From positions 514,293 through 578,292 of the IMG/VR virus record IMGVR_UViG_3300046660_000488: 64,000 nucleotides of DNA; one strand, 5' to 3'. Both the position numbers and the translations under genes were made by a program. The notes under the pieces are model-generated. The model was given only the letters and a program-made list of their open reading frames with translations, was not told the origin of the DNA and made no database searches. Shown here piece after piece: positions 54,640 to 64,000 of this stretch (the first letter of the stretch is position 1; every line of letters begins with the position of its first letter).

Positions 54640-56166
54640 ATGATTAAGAAGACCGTGAAGGAAACGGCTCAGGCCAAGGGTCTGGCTTTCCTCATCGAAA
54701 GCGAACTGGACAAGGCTGAGGTCGTCATCGCGGCCAAGGGCATCCTGTCCAAGCTGCAAGGCATGGCCGAAGACCTCGCCAAGATCGAGGCCGACGACAT
54801 CATGCCGATCCTCGACAACATGCGTCTGACCTTCGGGCCGGAACTGACCGACAGCTTCAACGACATCACGACGGCGAAAATTCGTCAGACGATGGAAGCT
54901 GTGAAGGGCGCCAAGGAAGCCATCACCCGCGAAGTCGGCCGTCTGGAGAACACGGTCAACGGCGAGCCCACCAACGATCTGGGCATGGGCGACGAAGGCA
55001 TGGGTATGGATGGCGACATGGCTGACGGTAGCTTCGATGCTCCGGAAGACAATGATCTCGACGTTCCGCCGATGCCTGACGCGGCTGACCCGGACGCGGT
55101 TCCGACCGCTGATCTCGCCGCTGGCGGCGAAGAAGGCCCCGACGCCGGTGGTCTGGCCGACGAACTGGACGCTGCTTTCGACAAGGAAGCGACCGCCGGT
55201 GGTGCTGCTGGCCGCGCCCGCAAGGAAAGCGCCATGGTCTCGCGCAACGTCAAGGCTCTTCGCGAATCGAAGAACCCGGACATGCTGATCTACGCTGCGT
55301 TCAAGCGCACGATGAAGGAAAGCCGCAAGATCGTCGAGTCCGCTCGCGCTGTGGCCAAGGCATTCGCCATCGACTTCGATGACGTCGCCACCATCGTGAA
55401 GGAACACGCTGTCAAGGAAAGCAAGACTCGTAAGGACGAGAAGGGCCGCAAGGACAAGAACGACGACCGCTCCGAGGATCGCAAGACCAAGAAGCGCGAA
55501 CGCCCCACGGACATCGACGAAGGCAAGACCTTCAAGGACGAGGAAGGCAAGACGTCGAAGAACAAGGACCGTTCGGAAGACCGCGCCACCAAGAAGCGCG
55601 AGCGTCCGAAGGACATCGACGAAGGCAAGACCTTCAAGGACGAAGACGGCAAGACCGACAAGAACAAGGATCGCTCCGAGGATCGCAAGACCAAGAAGCG
55701 CGAACGTCCTTCGGACCTCGACGAAGCCAAGAAGTCTTTTAAGGCTGGCGGCATCGCGGGTAAGCCGAGCGATGCACCGGTCGAAGAAAGCGTCCTGAAC
55801 CGTTTTCAGCCCCGTAAGGGTCTGAGCGACTTCCGCACCCGTCGCATCGACGTGGTGTCACAGGAAGACGGTACGGCTCGCGCCGTGAAGGATTACAACG
55901 ACCACGTCAATCGCACGATGGAAGTGCCGTATATCTACGCGATGGTGGACGGCGAAGCTCGCCAGTTCAACAGCCATTCCGGCGATCCCTTCATCATCCG
56001 CGTGTCGAAGACGATGCCGGAGCTTGTGAAGCGCTGGAACGGTGAAAACCTCAGCCCGCGTTGGCAGGTGAAAGTCGAGAATGGACAGGGCGTTGTGCCG
56101 CCCGACGTCAAGTCCGGCTTCATCGACGCTCCGGGTTATCGTTTCCTGCCACAACGGCCGCGATAA
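54640..56166 (+). CDS. Prohead core/scaffold-like protein with internal repeats
   Basis: SD GGAG; LIESE..KAEVVIAAK motif, acidic linker, 34-aa repeats. Confidence 0.7.
   Translation: MIKKTVKETAQAKGLAFLIESELDKAEVVIAAKGILSKLQGMAEDLAKIEADDIMPILDNMRLTFGPELTDSFNDITTAKIRQTMEAVKGAKEAITREVGRLENTVNGEPTNDLGMGDEGMGMDGDMADGSFDAPEDNDLDVPPMPDAADPDAVPTADLAAGGEEGPDAGGLADELDAAFDKEATAGGAAGRARKESAMVSRNVKALRESKNPDMLIYAAFKRTMKESRKIVESARAVAKAFAIDFDDVATIVKEHAVKESKTRKDEKGRKDKNDDRSEDRKTKKRERPTDIDEGKTFKDEEGKTSKNKDRSEDRATKKRERPKDIDEGKTFKDEDGKTDKNKDRSEDRKTKKRERPSDLDEAKKSFKAGGIAGKPSDAPVEESVLNRFQPRKGLSDFRTRRIDVVSQEDGTARAVKDYNDHVNRTMEVPYIYAMVDGEARQFNSHSGDPFIIRVSKTMPELVKRWNGENLSPRWQVKVENGQGVVPPDVKSGFIDAPGYRFLPQRPR
55417..55725 (+). 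repeat. Three tandem 102-bp (34-aa) charged repeats
   Basis: GAAGGCAAGACC at 55519 and 55621; unit EGKTFKDE.GK..KNKDRSEDR.TKKRERP.DID. Confidence 0.9.
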
Positions 56167-56172
56167 ACAACA

Positions 56173-56202
56173 AAGGGGCCGCTCACCAGCGGCCCCTTCT
56201 TT
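56173..56202 (+). terminator. Intrinsic terminator
   Basis: AAGGGGCCGCT/AGCGGCCCCTT + CTTT. Confidence 0.75.
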
Positions 56203-56220
56203 CTATGAGTGCTGGAACCC

Positions 56221-56580
56221 ATGTACCTATTTGAACTCTTCGACGAACAGTCCTTGGACGTGACAGACAACATCAAGTCGTCGCTGATGGACATCCTGAC
56301 GCCGCTCGTGGCGTCGGAAGTGCCATTTGTCACGTTCAACCAGTTGATCGACAAGATGAACAGCAGCGGTACAGGTCTGTCCATCGACCGCGCTCTGATC
56401 ATGGACCTGCTGGACCCGGATAAGGTCAAGATGGTCAGCAAGATCGAGGGCGACCGCATCTACCTGACGTCGCCGGACGGCGCCGACCGCTCAGTGACGA
56501 AAGACGACGCTGTGAAGGATCAGGAGCACGTCTCGAAGATGGCCACGGACCAAGCGTCCAAGTCCATGGACAGCCTCTAA
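56221..56580 (+). CDS. Conserved late protein
   Basis: MYLFELFDE N-terminus. Confidence 0.75.
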   Translation: MYLFELFDEQSLDVTDNIKSSLMDILTPLVASEVPFVTFNQLIDKMNSSGTGLSIDRALIMDLLDPDKVKMVSKIEGDRIYLTSPDGADRSVTKDDAVKDQEHVSKMATDQASKSMDSL

Positions 56581-57032
56581 TCCAGCACGACGCCTTCGAT
56601 GGCGACGATGACGCCGCGTTCGTTCAAACGCACCACGATCATTTCCGGGCGACGGAAATGCTCCATCACGAAATCCGGTGATTCCGGCGTGATCAGGTCG
56701 GCCTCGTAGGTCCGATCCTCGTCTTCATCCGCCCATACGCGCACCTGCGCGACGAAATCCGGATGCCACTTGCCGTTCACCCGATGAGCCCACAGTTGTC
56801 CGCGCGGATAGTGGAGGTGGCTGCGCTGTTCGACGCCATCGACGAATTCCCGGCCCACCAGATCGTTGAATGTCTCGATGATGTTCTCGTCTTCGATGCG
56901 CTGAAGCGCACGCAGGAGGGCGTCAGCTTCGATGATCTCGACCTCTCCCGACGTGGTTTCCACGGTCGTCGTCGCGTTCTTGATGATCGTGAACAGCGCC
57001 GCAGCCGTGAGGTTCACCGGAAGAAAAGCCAT
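56577..57032 (-). CDS. Hypothetical protein
   Basis: SD GGAGG; MAFLPVN start. Confidence 0.7.
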   Translation of the reverse strand: MAFLPVNLTAAALFTIIKNATTTVETTSGEVEIIEADALLRALQRIEDENIIETFNDLVGREFVDGVEQRSHLHYPRGQLWAHRVNGKWHPDFVAQVRVWADEDEDRTYEADLITPESPDFVMEHFRRPEMIVVRLNERGVIVAIEGVVLD

Positions 57033-57142
57033 CGAAGCACCTCCAAATATTGATCTCAAGTATTCATAGCACAGTTGCTGCGAAAAGCAAGCCAGAAAGA
57101 TATGGCGCTCAATTTTACCGGCGGAGTACGGTTAACCATTGA

Positions 57143-57913
57143 TTGACCCGTATTGGACGCCATTTCGTGATCCCGATTCTGAACGACTTCAAGTACGTAC
57201 GCCTCCAACGCAACACCGCTGACGATGGCATGCGTTTCTACACGTGTCCGGAAACGGGAGCATTTCTTCCCAGCGTCACCACCATCCTTGGCCACACCAA
57301 GGACAAGACCTTCCTGATCGAGTGGAAGAAGCGGATTGGTGAGAAAGAGGCCGACCGCATCCGCGACGAGGCGGGCAAGATCGGCACGCTGATGCACACC
57401 CACCTCGAAAACCACATCCAAGGCAAGCCTCGCCCCGGCGGCAACAACAAAATCCGGGTGCTGGCCGCCGGGCTGGCCGACACCATCATCGAGAAGGGTC
57501 TGTGCAAGGTCTCAGAGGCTTGGGGCTTCGAGGTCCCGCTGTACTTCCCCGGCATGTACGCGGGAACGACCGACCTCGTCGGCATCCACGAAGGCTCCCC
57601 CGCCATCATGGACTACAAGAACTCGCGGAAGATCAAGACCAAGGAGCAGATCGAGGATTACTTCTGCCAGTGTGCCGCCTACGCGCTGGCTCACAATTAC
57701 GCCTTCGGGACCAACGTCGCCAAGGTCGTGATCTTCATGGTGGACCGCGAACGCAACTTCAAGGAATTCGTCATCCAAGGCAACGAGTTCTTCAAATACT
57801 GCGACATCTGGATGAAGCGGATCGACCAATACGCGGCCACGGGCGGCGCGTTGCAGTTCAATCCGGGCGCCAATGTCAACGTCACATGGGTGGAGCCGAA
57901 CACCAGCGAGTAG
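57143..57913 (+). CDS. PD-(D/E)XK exonuclease (MGME1/Cas4/lambda-exo-like)
   Basis: PSVTTIL, GT.MH..LE, AGTTDL, IMDYKNS, QCAAY. Confidence 0.9.
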   Translation: MTRIGRHFVIPILNDFKYVRLQRNTADDGMRFYTCPETGAFLPSVTTILGHTKDKTFLIEWKKRIGEKEADRIRDEAGKIGTLMHTHLENHIQGKPRPGGNNKIRVLAAGLADTIIEKGLCKVSEAWGFEVPLYFPGMYAGTTDLVGIHEGSPAIMDYKNSRKIKTKEQIEDYFCQCAAYALAHNYAFGTNVAKVVIFMVDRERNFKEFVIQGNEFFKYCDIWMKRIDQYAATGGALQFNPGANVNVTWVEPNTSE

Positions 57914-57949
57914 TGGGGCTAAATACAGGGTCAAGTTTTGGATGAACCC

Positions 57950-58543
57950 ATGTACGTTTTGATCAGCAAGTTCCAACTCCGTCGCGGACCAGAGGCTAAG
58001 CTTCCGGGCGCTCCGACTTCTTTGGAACCCCTGCAAATGAGCGCAGGTCTGGATAACGGTGAGGTCGCCATGACCGCCGATACCGGCCGCGTGTTCATCG
58101 GGCACATCCCAGCGCCGGGCGACGTCAACTATCGCCGGGCGGCCTTCCCCTACCAGAACATCGAAGTCCTGACCGAAGCGTCCCCGCGCATCCGCGAACT
58201 GATCAGCGAATTCACCCGCGATCAGGGCACGGATTCGTTCTATCTGCCGCTGCAAATCCAGTCGGACGGCAGTTACGCCGTCCCGACCGGCTATTCCGAT
58301 CCGACCGAAATCCCGAACGAGTGTTCGGCGACGTTCGAGTACCACGCCTTCGACGGCAACGGGAACCCGATGCAGCAAGGCGTCGTCCGAGCGGCCACGG
58401 GACTGGGTGTCTCGGCGACCGAAAAGATCGGAAGCGGCGTCACCTTCACCCTGACCCCCAACGGCTCGGTGACCAACCTAACGATCCTGCCGAACCAAAC
58501 CTGCATCATCTACCTTCGGCGGACCATCATCAACAGTGTCTAA
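57950..58543 (+). CDS. Tail-fibre/baseplate-associated protein with Mtd_N-like N-terminus
   Basis: QLRRG...L..GEVA...DTGRVFIG motif; TAAATA at 57920. Confidence 0.7.
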   Translation: MYVLISKFQLRRGPEAKLPGAPTSLEPLQMSAGLDNGEVAMTADTGRVFIGHIPAPGDVNYRRAAFPYQNIEVLTEASPRIRELISEFTRDQGTDSFYLPLQIQSDGSYAVPTGYSDPTEIPNECSATFEYHAFDGNGNPMQQGVVRAATGLGVSATEKIGSGVTFTLTPNGSVTNLTILPNQTCIIYLRRTIINSV

Positions 58544-59006
58544 AGTTTCGGTGAAAATCATGAACCCCTTCGTACTTGAGCCCAGTGCATTGCTGGCAGA
58601 GTGGAAGAAGCTTCGAGCAGACATGGCAGGCAAGCCTGACGTGGATCAACTGCACATGGTTATGGAATTCTGGTCGATGGCGCCACTCGTGAAGATCGCC
58701 TACGACCCGGAAGGCTTGGACACGTATCCCACTGCTTGGGAAATGATGAACTTCAACGACTGGTGCGAGAATTCCGTCGCAGTCGGCATGGAGTTTACGC
58801 TTCGTCTGGCTGGATGGTCTGCTGATCGACTGCGCGTCGTGATGCTGAAGGACTATGATGCTTCGATCCAGCGTTTGGTGCTCGAAGTCGATGGTAAATA
58901 CTACCTCAATTACGAATACCGTGAGGTGACGGAAATCCCGCAGACGAACCATTCGTCGCTGGAGATTTGGCAGTTCAACGGTCGAAAGTACCAGCGACTG
59001 ACATGA
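58536..59006 (+). CDS. Conserved protein, possible transglutaminase-like cysteine peptidase fold
   Basis: PTAWEM...WCENSVAVGMEFTL resembles TPWE..GDCED.A pattern. Confidence 0.45.
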   Translation: MSKVSVKIMNPFVLEPSALLAEWKKLRADMAGKPDVDQLHMVMEFWSMAPLVKIAYDPEGLDTYPTAWEMMNFNDWCENSVAVGMEFTLRLAGWSADRLRVVMLKDYDASIQRLVLEVDGKYYLNYEYREVTEIPQTNHSSLEIWQFNGRKYQRLT

Positions 59007-60826
59007 CCATCACATCCGTCACGAAAATCCAGTTCTTCCCCATGACAGAGGGTGAATTCGCCGCAGCAGATGCTGGTCAGGCGATTTTCCTGACGGATAC
59101 CGCACGCATCGTGGTCGGCGCTGACCCGACCCACGGCAACCCCTACCACATCCGGGCGGCGGACAAGGAAAACCGTTTCCCGTTTGAGGCCATCGAAGTC
59201 CTGACCGAAGCGTCCCCGCGCGTACGCGAGCTTTACGGCCTGAACATCCGCAATACCGATCAGGCCGCCGCGCTGGCGCCGGTCGTCATTCCGGCCGGTG
59301 AGACGGTCCCGGCCGCGTACGCATACGTCTACGGTGGCCAAGCCATCCCGATCAGCTTCACCGGCAACATGTCGGCGACGTTCGAGTACCATGCCTTCTC
59401 GGGTGGCTCGCCAGCACAGACCGGCTTGCTCCGCTTGCTTGGTGGGTCCTCGCCGGTGTTCGCCACCAGCGGTGATGTCGGGACGTCCCTGACGTTCACG
59501 CTGGAGAGCATGGGCGACACCTGCACGATCATGTGCACCAACAACTCGGCCGATCCTGTTCGCCTGATTGTTCGCGCCACCATCATCATTCCGACGCTGA
59601 GCGAAGGCGGTCCGCCAGTCTCGACCGATCAGCCGCCGGTCTGGGGCACGACGGCAGGCCCGCTGGGCGAGTACGACGCTTCGGTCACCATCCAGTTCCA
59701 AGCCTCCGACCCGGAAGGCGAGCCGGTCACGTTCGCCGTATCGAATGGAACCTCCATTCCGAACGGCCTGACCCTGTCGAGTGATGGCCTGATGCTGGGC
59801 ACGGTTGTTCGCACCAGCGTCGAGGTCATCAACCACTTCACCCTGTCGGCCAGCGATGGCGTCAACACGGTCTACCGTGATTTCACCCTGACAGTTCCGG
59901 CCGCCGTGGTGCAGAACTTGCCGCCTGTCTGGCAGTCGCCGACCGCAGGCAATCTGGGATCGTTCACGCAGAACCAGCCGCTGAGCATTGCGCTGTTCGC
60001 GTCAGACCCGGAAGGCCAGAACGTCACCTACGTCTCGGCCTTCACCACGGGCGTCGAGGCCCCCTTCAGTTCGATCATTCCGGGCCTGACCCTAGACCCC
60101 GGCACGGCCACGATCAGCGGCACGCCGACCACGTCGTCTTCGTACAATTTCCGCATTTACGCCAGCGACCCGGCGGGCAACCGCACGTCGCGAGATTTCT
60201 CGCTGACGGTCGGCGCCCAGAACCTGCCCGCTGTCTGGACGACGACGGCCGGTGGCCTTGGATCGTTCGTCGAAGGCTCGGCCGTCTCGGTGCAGGTCAC
60301 GGCGACCGATCCGGAAGGCTTGGTGATCTCGTACTCGTCGCCCGATCTGCCGTCCGGTCTCACCCTCAACGCTTCGACGGGTGCGATTACTGGAACTGCC
60401 CCGGCTGTCAGCGGCACGTCCACCCTCAGCTTCACGGTCAACGCCGTGGACAACAGCGGCGTGCCGGTGGGTCGCCAGTTCTCGATTACGGTGCTCGACA
60501 CCGCGTCCCTGCCGAACTGCCCCTCGACCTATGCCGACATGACCATCACCGGTCGCCTGCTCGGGCAGGAGCCCCACCAGAACCTTCCGGGGTTCGGTTC
60601 TGGCACGGTCTGGGGGACGGCCACCTACGGCTACACCAACGATTCAAACATGTCGGCCGCAGCCGTCCACGCTGGCCTGCTTCAGGTGGGCGAGACGGGG
60701 GTTATCCGCTTCGCCCTAACCAACCCCGTCTACAAGACCAACTACCCTTCCAGCACCGCTCACGGGGTCACGACGACGCCTTGGGAGACCGGTTGGTGCG
60801 GGGTCACGCTGTCGCGCATTTCCTAA
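59003..60826 (+). CDS. Adhesin: paralog of the 57950 domain + three putative-Ig repeats + C-terminal LCCL domain
   Basis: A.DPEG..VT...LP.GLTL....I.G repeats; VWGT..YTNDSNM.AAAVHAGLL LCCL motif. Confidence 0.8.
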   Translation: MTITSVTKIQFFPMTEGEFAAADAGQAIFLTDTARIVVGADPTHGNPYHIRAADKENRFPFEAIEVLTEASPRVRELYGLNIRNTDQAAALAPVVIPAGETVPAAYAYVYGGQAIPISFTGNMSATFEYHAFSGGSPAQTGLLRLLGGSSPVFATSGDVGTSLTFTLESMGDTCTIMCTNNSADPVRLIVRATIIIPTLSEGGPPVSTDQPPVWGTTAGPLGEYDASVTIQFQASDPEGEPVTFAVSNGTSIPNGLTLSSDGLMLGTVVRTSVEVINHFTLSASDGVNTVYRDFTLTVPAAVVQNLPPVWQSPTAGNLGSFTQNQPLSIALFASDPEGQNVTYVSAFTTGVEAPFSSIIPGLTLDPGTATISGTPTTSSSYNFRIYASDPAGNRTSRDFSLTVGAQNLPAVWTTTAGGLGSFVEGSAVSVQVTATDPEGLVISYSSPDLPSGLTLNASTGAITGTAPAVSGTSTLSFTVNAVDNSGVPVGRQFSITVLDTASLPNCPSTYADMTITGRLLGQEPHQNLPGFGSGTVWGTATYGYTNDSNMSAAAVHAGLLQVGETGVIRFALTNPVYKTNYPSSTAHGVTTTPWETGWCGVTLSRIS

Positions 60827-60963
60827 GCCGGTTCTCGTTTACCAGTTTAGAAATTGACGAAAAATCGTCTGAAAATCTACGATCTGAAAATAGGTTCTGA
60901 AGGGCTTTAACGAGTTTCCAAGGGGCTAAATACCTCTCCCTCAGATCAGATTTAGGACATCAT

Positions 60964-63441
60964 ATGCGCGTTCGTAAGAGAAACGGTACTATCGAGGCCG
61001 TTGACCTCAACAAGATTGTCAACTCCATTTCAAAGGTCGTGTCAGACCTCGAAGACGTCGATGTATTCAAGGTCGCGACCAAGACGGTCGGCGGTCTTGT
61101 TGACGGCGTTTCGACCCGTGAACTCGACCTCCTGTCGATCCGCAACGCGGTCGGCCTCATCATCGAAGACCCGGTCTACTCCAAGGTCGCGGCACGTCTT
61201 CTGTCCAACTTCATCAACAAGGAAGTTGACGGCCAAGACATCCAGTCCTTCTCGCAATCCATTCAGATCGGCTACGACGAAGGCCTGATCAACGAGCAGA
61301 CCTACAAGCTCGTCATGGCCAACAAGCGCAAGCTGAACGCGGCCATCAAGATCGAGCGCGACTGGAATTTCGAATACCACGGCATCCAAACGGTTTACGA
61401 CCGTTATCTGCTGAAGCATCCCTCGCGCATCATCACGGGCGACGACGGCAAGAAGACCCGCGCCGTCATCGAGACGCCGCAGTACTTCCTGATGCGCGTG
61501 GCCTCCGGTCTGGCCAACGACGCCACCGAAGCGGTCGAACTGTACACCCTGCTGTCCAGCCTCGAATACATGACCTCGACGCCGACCCTGTTCAACTCGG
61601 GCACGAGCCACAGCCAGATGTCGTCGTGCTACCTGCTGGACAGCCCGCAGGACGATCTGGGCGACATCTACAAGCGCTACAGCGACATCGCCTCGCTGTC
61701 GAAGTTTGCTGGCGGCATCGGCGTCTCGGCGTCGCGCATCCGTTCGGCCGGTTCGCACATCAAGGGCACGAACGGCAAGTCGAACGGCATCGTTCCGTGG
61801 CTGCACACCCTGTCGGCTTCGGTCGCGGCGGTGAACCAAGGCGGCAAGCGCAAGGGCGCCGCCTGCGTCTATCTGGAACCGCACCACCCGGACATCATGC
61901 AGTTCCTTGAACTGCGCGACAACACCGGTGAGAAGGAAAAGCGCGCCTACAACCTGAACATCGCCAACTGGGTTTCGGACCTGTTCATGCTGCGCGTGAA
62001 GGCTGACGCCCTGTGGTCCCTGATCGACCCGGCCGCTGCTCCGGAACTGACCGACCTCTACGGCTCGGCCTACGAGGCTCGCTACCTCGAACTCGAAGCT
62101 GCTGGCCGTGTCGTCGAGCAAATCCCGGCTCGCAAGCTCTACGCGCGCATGATGCGTACGCTCGCGGAAACCGGCAACGGCTGGATGTGCTTCAAGGACA
62201 CGTCGAACCGTCGCGGCAACCAAGTCGGTGAAGGTGGCATCATCCACCTGTCGAACCTGTGCACGGAAATCCTCGAAGTCACGTCGTCAGGCAAGAAGGT
62301 TCGCCTGACCCGCGAGCAGATGATGTCCACCACGGCGGCCGAGATGGTCGAGAAGAACATCCGCATCACCGGCTTCAACGTCGCTGCGGACGAATTCGAA
62401 GCCATCGAAGGCATGGAGACGGCGGTCTGCAACCTCGGTTCGATCAACGTGGGTCGCGGCTACGTCAAGAACGGCAAGCTCGACAAGGAAAAGCTGCGGA
62501 AGAACGTCGCCATCGCGGTCAAGTACCTCGACCGCGTCATCGACCGCAATTTCTACCCGATCCCCGAAGCCGAGTCCTCGAACAACCGCTGGCGTCCGGT
62601 GGGTCTGGGCCTGATGGGTCTGGCCGATTTCTTCGCTCAACTGCGTCTGCCGTTCGAGAGCGACGAGGCTATCCGCCTTTCGGCCGAGATTCAGGAGGAA
62701 ATCTACTTCCAAGCCCTGAAGACCTCGAACGAACTGGCCAAGGTCCACGGTCCGCACCGCGACTTCGCGCTCACCCGCGCGGCCAAGGGTGAACTCCAGC
62801 ACGATCTGGCTGGCGTCGTTCCCAAGGACGAGGCCCGGTGGGAAGCTCTGCGTTCGGAGATCGTCGAGCACGGTCTGCGTAACTCGCTGCTGATCGCCAT
62901 CGCCCCGACCGCGACCATCGCCCACATCACGGGCGCTGAAGAGTGCATCGAGCCGATCAAGTCGAACCTGCTGAAGCGCGAAACCCTGTCGGGCGAATTC
63001 GTCGCGATCAACAAGCACCTCGTGGCCGATCTGAAGAAGCTGGGCCGATGGACGCCGGAGACCATCAACCGCCTGAAGGTGGACGAAGGGTCGATGCAGG
63101 GTATCGAGGGTCTTCCGGCCGAACTGTACGACCTGTACAAGACGGTCTGGGAAATCAGCCAGAAGAAGATCATCGAGCACGGCGCCGCCCGTGGCGTCTG
63201 GATCGACCAGTCGCAATCGCTGAACATCTTCATCGACCTGAACAAGTTCCCTGAAGACAAGCGCATCGGCGTCCTGTCGTCGGTCTACATGCTGGCGTGG
63301 GAAAGCGGACTGAAGACCACCTACTACTTCCGCAGCCGTTCGGGTTCGCGGATCGCGCAGGTGACCACTGACCGCCCGAGCATTGCGGTAGCCGCCCCGG
63401 TGGCTGCTGAAGAGCCGGAAGTGTGCGACGCCTGCATGTAA
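60964..63441 (+). CDS. nrdA: Class I ribonucleotide reductase alpha subunit with ATP cone
   Basis: VRKRNG ATP cone, TPTLFN, SSCY, NLCTEI, CNLGS, APTA, TYY, C-terminal CDAC. Confidence 0.97.
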   Translation: MRVRKRNGTIEAVDLNKIVNSISKVVSDLEDVDVFKVATKTVGGLVDGVSTRELDLLSIRNAVGLIIEDPVYSKVAARLLSNFINKEVDGQDIQSFSQSIQIGYDEGLINEQTYKLVMANKRKLNAAIKIERDWNFEYHGIQTVYDRYLLKHPSRIITGDDGKKTRAVIETPQYFLMRVASGLANDATEAVELYTLLSSLEYMTSTPTLFNSGTSHSQMSSCYLLDSPQDDLGDIYKRYSDIASLSKFAGGIGVSASRIRSAGSHIKGTNGKSNGIVPWLHTLSASVAAVNQGGKRKGAACVYLEPHHPDIMQFLELRDNTGEKEKRAYNLNIANWVSDLFMLRVKADALWSLIDPAAAPELTDLYGSAYEARYLELEAAGRVVEQIPARKLYARMMRTLAETGNGWMCFKDTSNRRGNQVGEGGIIHLSNLCTEILEVTSSGKKVRLTREQMMSTTAAEMVEKNIRITGFNVAADEFEAIEGMETAVCNLGSINVGRGYVKNGKLDKEKLRKNVAIAVKYLDRVIDRNFYPIPEAESSNNRWRPVGLGLMGLADFFAQLRLPFESDEAIRLSAEIQEEIYFQALKTSNELAKVHGPHRDFALTRAAKGELQHDLAGVVPKDEARWEALRSEIVEHGLRNSLLIAIAPTATIAHITGAEECIEPIKSNLLKRETLSGEFVAINKHLVADLKKLGRWTPETINRLKVDEGSMQGIEGLPAELYDLYKTVWEISQKKIIEHGAARGVWIDQSQSLNIFIDLNKFPEDKRIGVLSSVYMLAWESGLKTTYYFRSRSGSRIAQVTTDRPSIAVAAPVAAEEPEVCDACM

Positions 63442-63450
63442 TGCAGGCAG

Positions 63451-63479
63451 AGGGCCACGGGGAAACTCGTGGCCCTTTT
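63451..63479 (+). terminator. Intrinsic terminator
   Basis: AGGGCCACG/CGTGGCCCT + TTT. Confidence 0.8.
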
Positions 63480-63531
63480 GCTATCCAAAAAGCGATGATA
63501 GGGTCACCCTCGTAACGAGTGGAGACCCTAC

Positions 63532-63861
63532 ATGGTTGACTATGGCCTGCCGCCGCTGAGCAAGGCTTCCCGCGAGATCGACCGCTCGGTTCGAAGCGCG
63601 ATCAAGCAAGTTCAGGAAACGGGGCAATTGGCTCCGGGCGACCGCGTGGAGTACGCCTTCCTGATCGTCCGCGAAAAGCTGGACAGGATGGAGAATGACG
63701 CTCAGTACGAGCACCTGATGATCAGCTTCACCGACGCGGCCATGCAGACGGCCGTCGTCAACGAGATCAAGCGCAGCTTGGGCGTCGAAACCGAAGTCCG
63801 TTCGCATTACCCGGACGACCTGTCGGAGATCGCCAAGCACGGCCTCTCGTTCGTCGCATGA
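63532..63861 (+). CDS. Hypothetical protein
   Basis: SD GGAGA. Confidence 0.75.
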   Translation: MVDYGLPPLSKASREIDRSVRSAIKQVQETGQLAPGDRVEYAFLIVREKLDRMENDAQYEHLMISFTDAAMQTAVVNEIKRSLGVETEVRSHYPDDLSEIAKHGLSFVA

Positions 63862-64000
63862 TGGAAGCCACCCTCACCATCACGTTCCCACCCGGCACAA
63901 CCGGGCAGGAGGTGAGGGATTACGGCATGAGCATGATCGCCACGATGCTCGTGGAAGTGGCCAGAGCGACGCCGGGCGGCATGGACGTTCTCATGGCGGA
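63858..64000 (+). CDS. 3'-truncated hypothetical protein
   Basis: ATGATG overlap with upstream stop; frame open to the window end. Confidence 0.55.
   Translation, partial: MMEATLTITFPPGTTGQEVRDYGMSMIATMLVEVARATPGGMDVLMA

Noticed and set aside
62270-62415. Possible intein or intron in nrdA (extra ~40 aa between NLCTEI and VCNLGS)
   Set aside because: In-frame, short, with no Cys/Ser start or His-Asn end and no endonuclease motifs; more likely a loop insertion.

Overview
This window is a 64 kb segment of a GC-rich jumbo phage genome, T4-like / Rak2-GAP32-like in gene content, probably infecting an alphaproteobacterium (inference). Layout: (i) 1-845, end of a virion-type gene. (ii) 0.9-7.2 kb, a 24-tRNA array covering only nine amino acids, with several tRNA-like RNAs, an HNH endonuclease and a monomeric PheRS-like gene. 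(iii) 7-15 kb, small accessory genes including a (p)ppGpp-hydrolase-like HD protein. (iv) 15-25 kb, replication genes (UvsW-like helicase, miniature DnaE, thermonuclease). (v) 25-41 kb, accessory genes (outer-membrane beta-barrel, DHFR, ArfA, ART-fold proteins, RNA ligase). (vi) 41-64 kb, primase, DnaB-like helicase, head/virion proteins, exonuclease, Ig/LCCL adhesin and NrdA. The most striking result is a set of apparent translation-stress sensors. A 46-codon leader peptide with terminator/antiterminator sits upstream of the tRNA array, and 37 of its first 39 codons specify the nine amino acids of the downstream tRNAs. The PheRS-like gene can only be entered from its SD-preceded ATG by a -1 shift at ATG-GGG-TTC(Phe). 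The arfA gene has an intrinsic terminator before its stop codon. All calls are by eye from the sequence; no database searches or folding programs were run.
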